Part shown: in pieces, positions 60,745 through 64,000 of the stretch
Layout of the letters: every line of letters starts with the position of its first letter
How positions within the stretch are numbered: position 1 is the first letter of the stretch
NCBI GenBank assembly: GCA_963575745.1
Contig: CAUYUJ010000214.1
Location: 124,001-188,000, forward strand
Source of the DNA: Prorocentrum cordatum
Lineage: Eukaryota
Reading direction: 5' to 3'
Length of the DNA stretch: 64,000 nt
The notes under the pieces: generated by a model
Database searches by the model: none
The model's input: only the letters and a program-made list of their open reading frames with translations
What the model was told of the DNA's origin: nothing
Made by a program: the position numbers and the translations under genes

Positions 60745-61980
60745 ACTCCTCCTCCTCCTCCTTCTCATCCTCCTCCTCCTCCTCTGACTCCTCGTCCTTC
60801 CTCCCTCCCTCCCTCCCTCCCTCCTCCTCCCCTCCTCCTCCCCCTCCCCTCCTCCTCCTCCTCCTCCTCCTCCTCCTCCTCCTCCACCTCCTCCTCCCCT
60901 CCTCCTTCTCCTCTCTCCTCCTCCTCCTCCTTCCTCCTCCTCCTCATTTTCCTCCTCCCCCGCCTCCTCCTCCGCTCCCCTCCTCCTCCTTCTCCTTCTC
61001 ATCCTCCTCCTCCTCCTCTGACTCCTCCTCCTCCTCCTCCTTCCTCCTCCTTCTCCTCCTCCTCCTCCTCCTCCTCCTCTCTCCTCCTCCTGCTCCCTCC
61101 CTCCCTCCCTCCTCCCTCCTCCTCCCTCCTCGCAGCCAGGGCCGAGTGGAACACTGCTTCCATTCAGTCGTGCTTCTCTCTTCTCCCATCCACCGTCCTC
61201 GTGCTTCGCCCTCCCCCCCCTCCCCCAACATCCTCCACCCTCCTTCCTTCCTCTCCCCTCCTCTCCTCCTCCTCCTCCTCCCCTCCTCCTCCTCCTCTCC
61301 TCCTCCTCCTTCCTTCCTCCTCCTCCTCCTCCTCCTCTCCTCCTCCTCCCTCCTCCTCCTCCTCCTCCCCTCCCCCGCCTCCTCCTCCTCCTCCTCCTCC
61401 TCGTCCTCCTCCTCGTCCTCCTCCTCCTCCTCCTCCTCCTCCTCCTCAGCATGCCTCCTGCCATAGTGCCAAGTGGGCGGGGGATGAGCGCAGGGAAAAA
61501 CTTAAGCGAGTTCCATGTCGGATTCGGCTCGAGCCGATCGCTTCCTGCGCTCCACAGCGCGGGCACCAAGGGCCCCGGTTGATGCCCGATCAGGGCTGCC
61601 GAATCCTGCCAACTCCCAATCCAAGGGGGAGGAGGGAGGAGGAGTAGGGAGGAGGGAGGAGGGGGGAGGAGGAGGAGGAGGAGGAGGGGGAGGGAGGAGG
61701 AGGAGGAGGAGGAGGAGAAAAGAGGGAGGCGGAGGAGGAGGAGGAGGGAGGAGGAGGAGGAGGAGGAGGGGAGGAGGAGGAGGAGGAGGAGGAAGGAGGG
61801 GTGAGGAGGGAGGAGGGAGGGAGGGAGGCGGAAGGACGGAGGGGGAGGGAGTGAGGAGGAGGAGGGAGGAGGAGGGAGGACGGAGGAGGGAGGAGGGGGG
61901 GAGGAGGAAGGAGGAAGGAGGGTGGGGGGGTAGGCAGGAGGGAGGAGGGACGAGGAGGAGGGGAGGGGAGGGAGGGAGGC
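60745..61980. repeat. (CTC)n and (GAG)n low-complexity tracts (similar tracts at about 340-600, 1720-1950, 4145-4580, 6430-6845, 9045-9325, 21650-22000, 24730-25240, 36630-37075)
   Basis: Direct inspection. Confidence 0.9.
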
Positions 61981-62879
61981 CGACGATCCGAAAGCAGGGG
62001 GAAGGGGGGGTGGGTCCTCGTGGGCAGGCGAGCGGCGGCGAGCCCCGCGCCTCGCGCCCTCGGCGCGCCGCCGCCGCCGCCGCCGTCCCCCCCCCCCGCT
62101 CGCGCGTCGCGGCTTCGCGCGCGCGGGCCGCCTCCTCCTCCTCCTCCTCCTTCCCCTCCTCCTCCTCCTCCTCCTCCTCCTCCTCCTCCTCCTCCTCCTC
62201 CTCCTCCTTCCGCCGCCAGACGGGGGTGGGGCTCTCCGAGGGTGCCTCTCTCGCAGGCGCCCGGCCTGGGAGCGGACTGCCCTGGCCCGGAGCTCGCGCG
62301 GGCGGGGGGGGGCGGGAGAGGGCAGGGCCCATCGCGAGGCGAAGCGGCGTCACCCGACCACCGCTCAGGCCGTGCTCGAGTGGAGTCGGGCGGATATTTG
62401 GGCCACGTGCACCTGAGGGTTCTGTCAACATAATGGGTGCGAGTGGCAGTTGGATGGGGATGGGGATGGTGAGGATGAGGAGCGGTCGCGCGCGCGCGGG
62501 CCGCAACCGCCCGCCGCGGGGGGGTTCGAGGGTCTCCCTCGCCGACGCCAGGCGTGCCGCGCCGCTCCAGCTCCTCTCTTCCCCGGCCCCCTCGAGTCAC
62601 GAAACAATCACGATGGGAGGTGTTGCCCTGTTTTCGGACCCTGGGGGCCCCCACTGGGTCTCGGGGTCGTCAACAAGCGACTCAGCATGAAAAGCTGGTC
62701 CCAGGGAATGGGTCGAGGTCGTTATGAACAAATCATTATGTCGGGGTCTAGGTTCTCTCCTCCCTCAGACTCAAAGGCCTGGGGCTCTGGCGCCTCCCGG
62801 GGTTCGCCGGAAGCTCTGCTCTGGGAGCGGACTGCCCTGGCCCTGATCTCGCGCGGACGGGGAGGATGAGAACTCGAGG

Positions 62880-63179
62880 TGGGATGATAGGGATGGTGAT
62901 GGTGAGGATGCGGAGCTGGCCGACGACGGCCGATCATGCTGGTGATGGTCATGATGGTGATGTTGATGCTGCTGATGCTTCATGTAATAATGATGCTGTT
63001 GATGGTAGTGATAATGATGTTGATGAGGATGATGCTGCTGATGATGATGATGCTGCTGCTGATGATGATGCGATGCTTATGATGATGGTGAGGATGCTGA
63101 TGATGACGCTGATGATGCTGATGATGCATATGATGCTGCTGCTGATGATGCTACTGCTGCTGATGCTGATGATTTTGCT

Positions 63180-63227
<48 letters not shown>

Positions 63228-63600
63228 CGACTGCGACGGCGGCGATGCTGATGACGCTGGTGATGGTGAGGGGCATGATGATGATGCCGATGGGAATGAT
63301 GGTGAGGATGCTGATGACAATGATGGTGGTCGTTATTGTGTTCATGAGTATTATGCTTATGATCATTGTGGTGGTGGTTGTGATGGTGATGCGGACGATG
63401 AGGACGAGGATTATGCTCATGATTATGGTGGAGACGATGATAACGATGGTGATGATGGTAATGATTGAGGATCTGATGATAGTGATGGTGGTGATGGTGA
63501 CAATGCTCATGGCGATGACGATGGTGGTGAAGCGGGCGATAAGGATGAGGATGACGAGGGTGCTGATGCTGGAAGATGCTGGTGATGGCCATGACGATCA
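62880..63600 (+). repeat. Degenerate (GAT)n microsatellite
   Basis: Direct inspection. Confidence 0.9.
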
Positions 63601-64000
63601 TGGCGCTGCTGCGACCCCCTCGCGTCGTGAGCACACCACCGCGCGGCGGGGGCCATCGGCCCTGAAGAGCTCACGCGGCCCCTCAGGGGCCGCCGGGGGT
63701 CGGCTGGCCGTTGCGAAACGACCAGCTCCGGGGAAGGGGTCGATGCCTCCAGGGTTTCGCGCTGTGGGAATCTGTGGCGCCGGGGCTCTGCGGGGGCAGG
63801 CGGGGGGTAGCCAGACACGACCGCGCCGTGAAGGGAGCACGGCGTGAGGGCTCTTCCACACGTCAGAGTGAGGGGGCCGAACGGTCATTCTCTGTCCCTG
63901 GGTGCGTGGCTGAAGTGGGATTCCCCGATGCGGATTCTTGTTGTCGTTGTTGTTGCTGTTGTTTGTTTGTTCCCTACCTAGGCTCTGCCTAGAAGGGTTC

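Overview
Repeat-rich, GC-rich eukaryotic genomic DNA, almost certainly from a dinoflagellate: it contains a perfect 22-nt DinoSL spliced leader. A Prorocentrum-like source is inferred from composition only. Most of the window is triplet or dinucleotide microsatellites (GAG, GAT, GAC, TAG, GT), satellites and short dispersed or MITE-like repeats, and most ORF-track entries are artefacts of these. The key locus is a nested structure at 27053-35832. A retroposed, spliced-leader-bearing mRNA copy (SL, 125-aa secreted 6-Cys protein, short polyA) is interrupted by an apparently intact 8.2-kb non-LTR retrotransposon with a perfect 15-bp target-site duplication. The element's ORF1 (RRM-like region, OTU-like cysteine protease, Zn fingers) and ORF2 (APE endonuclease, RT, CCHC) lie in the same frame, separated by one TGA-C codon followed by a GC hairpin. 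Ubiquitin-C-terminus-like motifs (MRGG, LRGA, LRGG) sit at the domain boundaries. This suggests a LINE expressed as a stop-readthrough polyprotein processed by its own OTU protease, here fused in frame to a host signal peptide. One other credible intronless CDS lies at 58424-59233.
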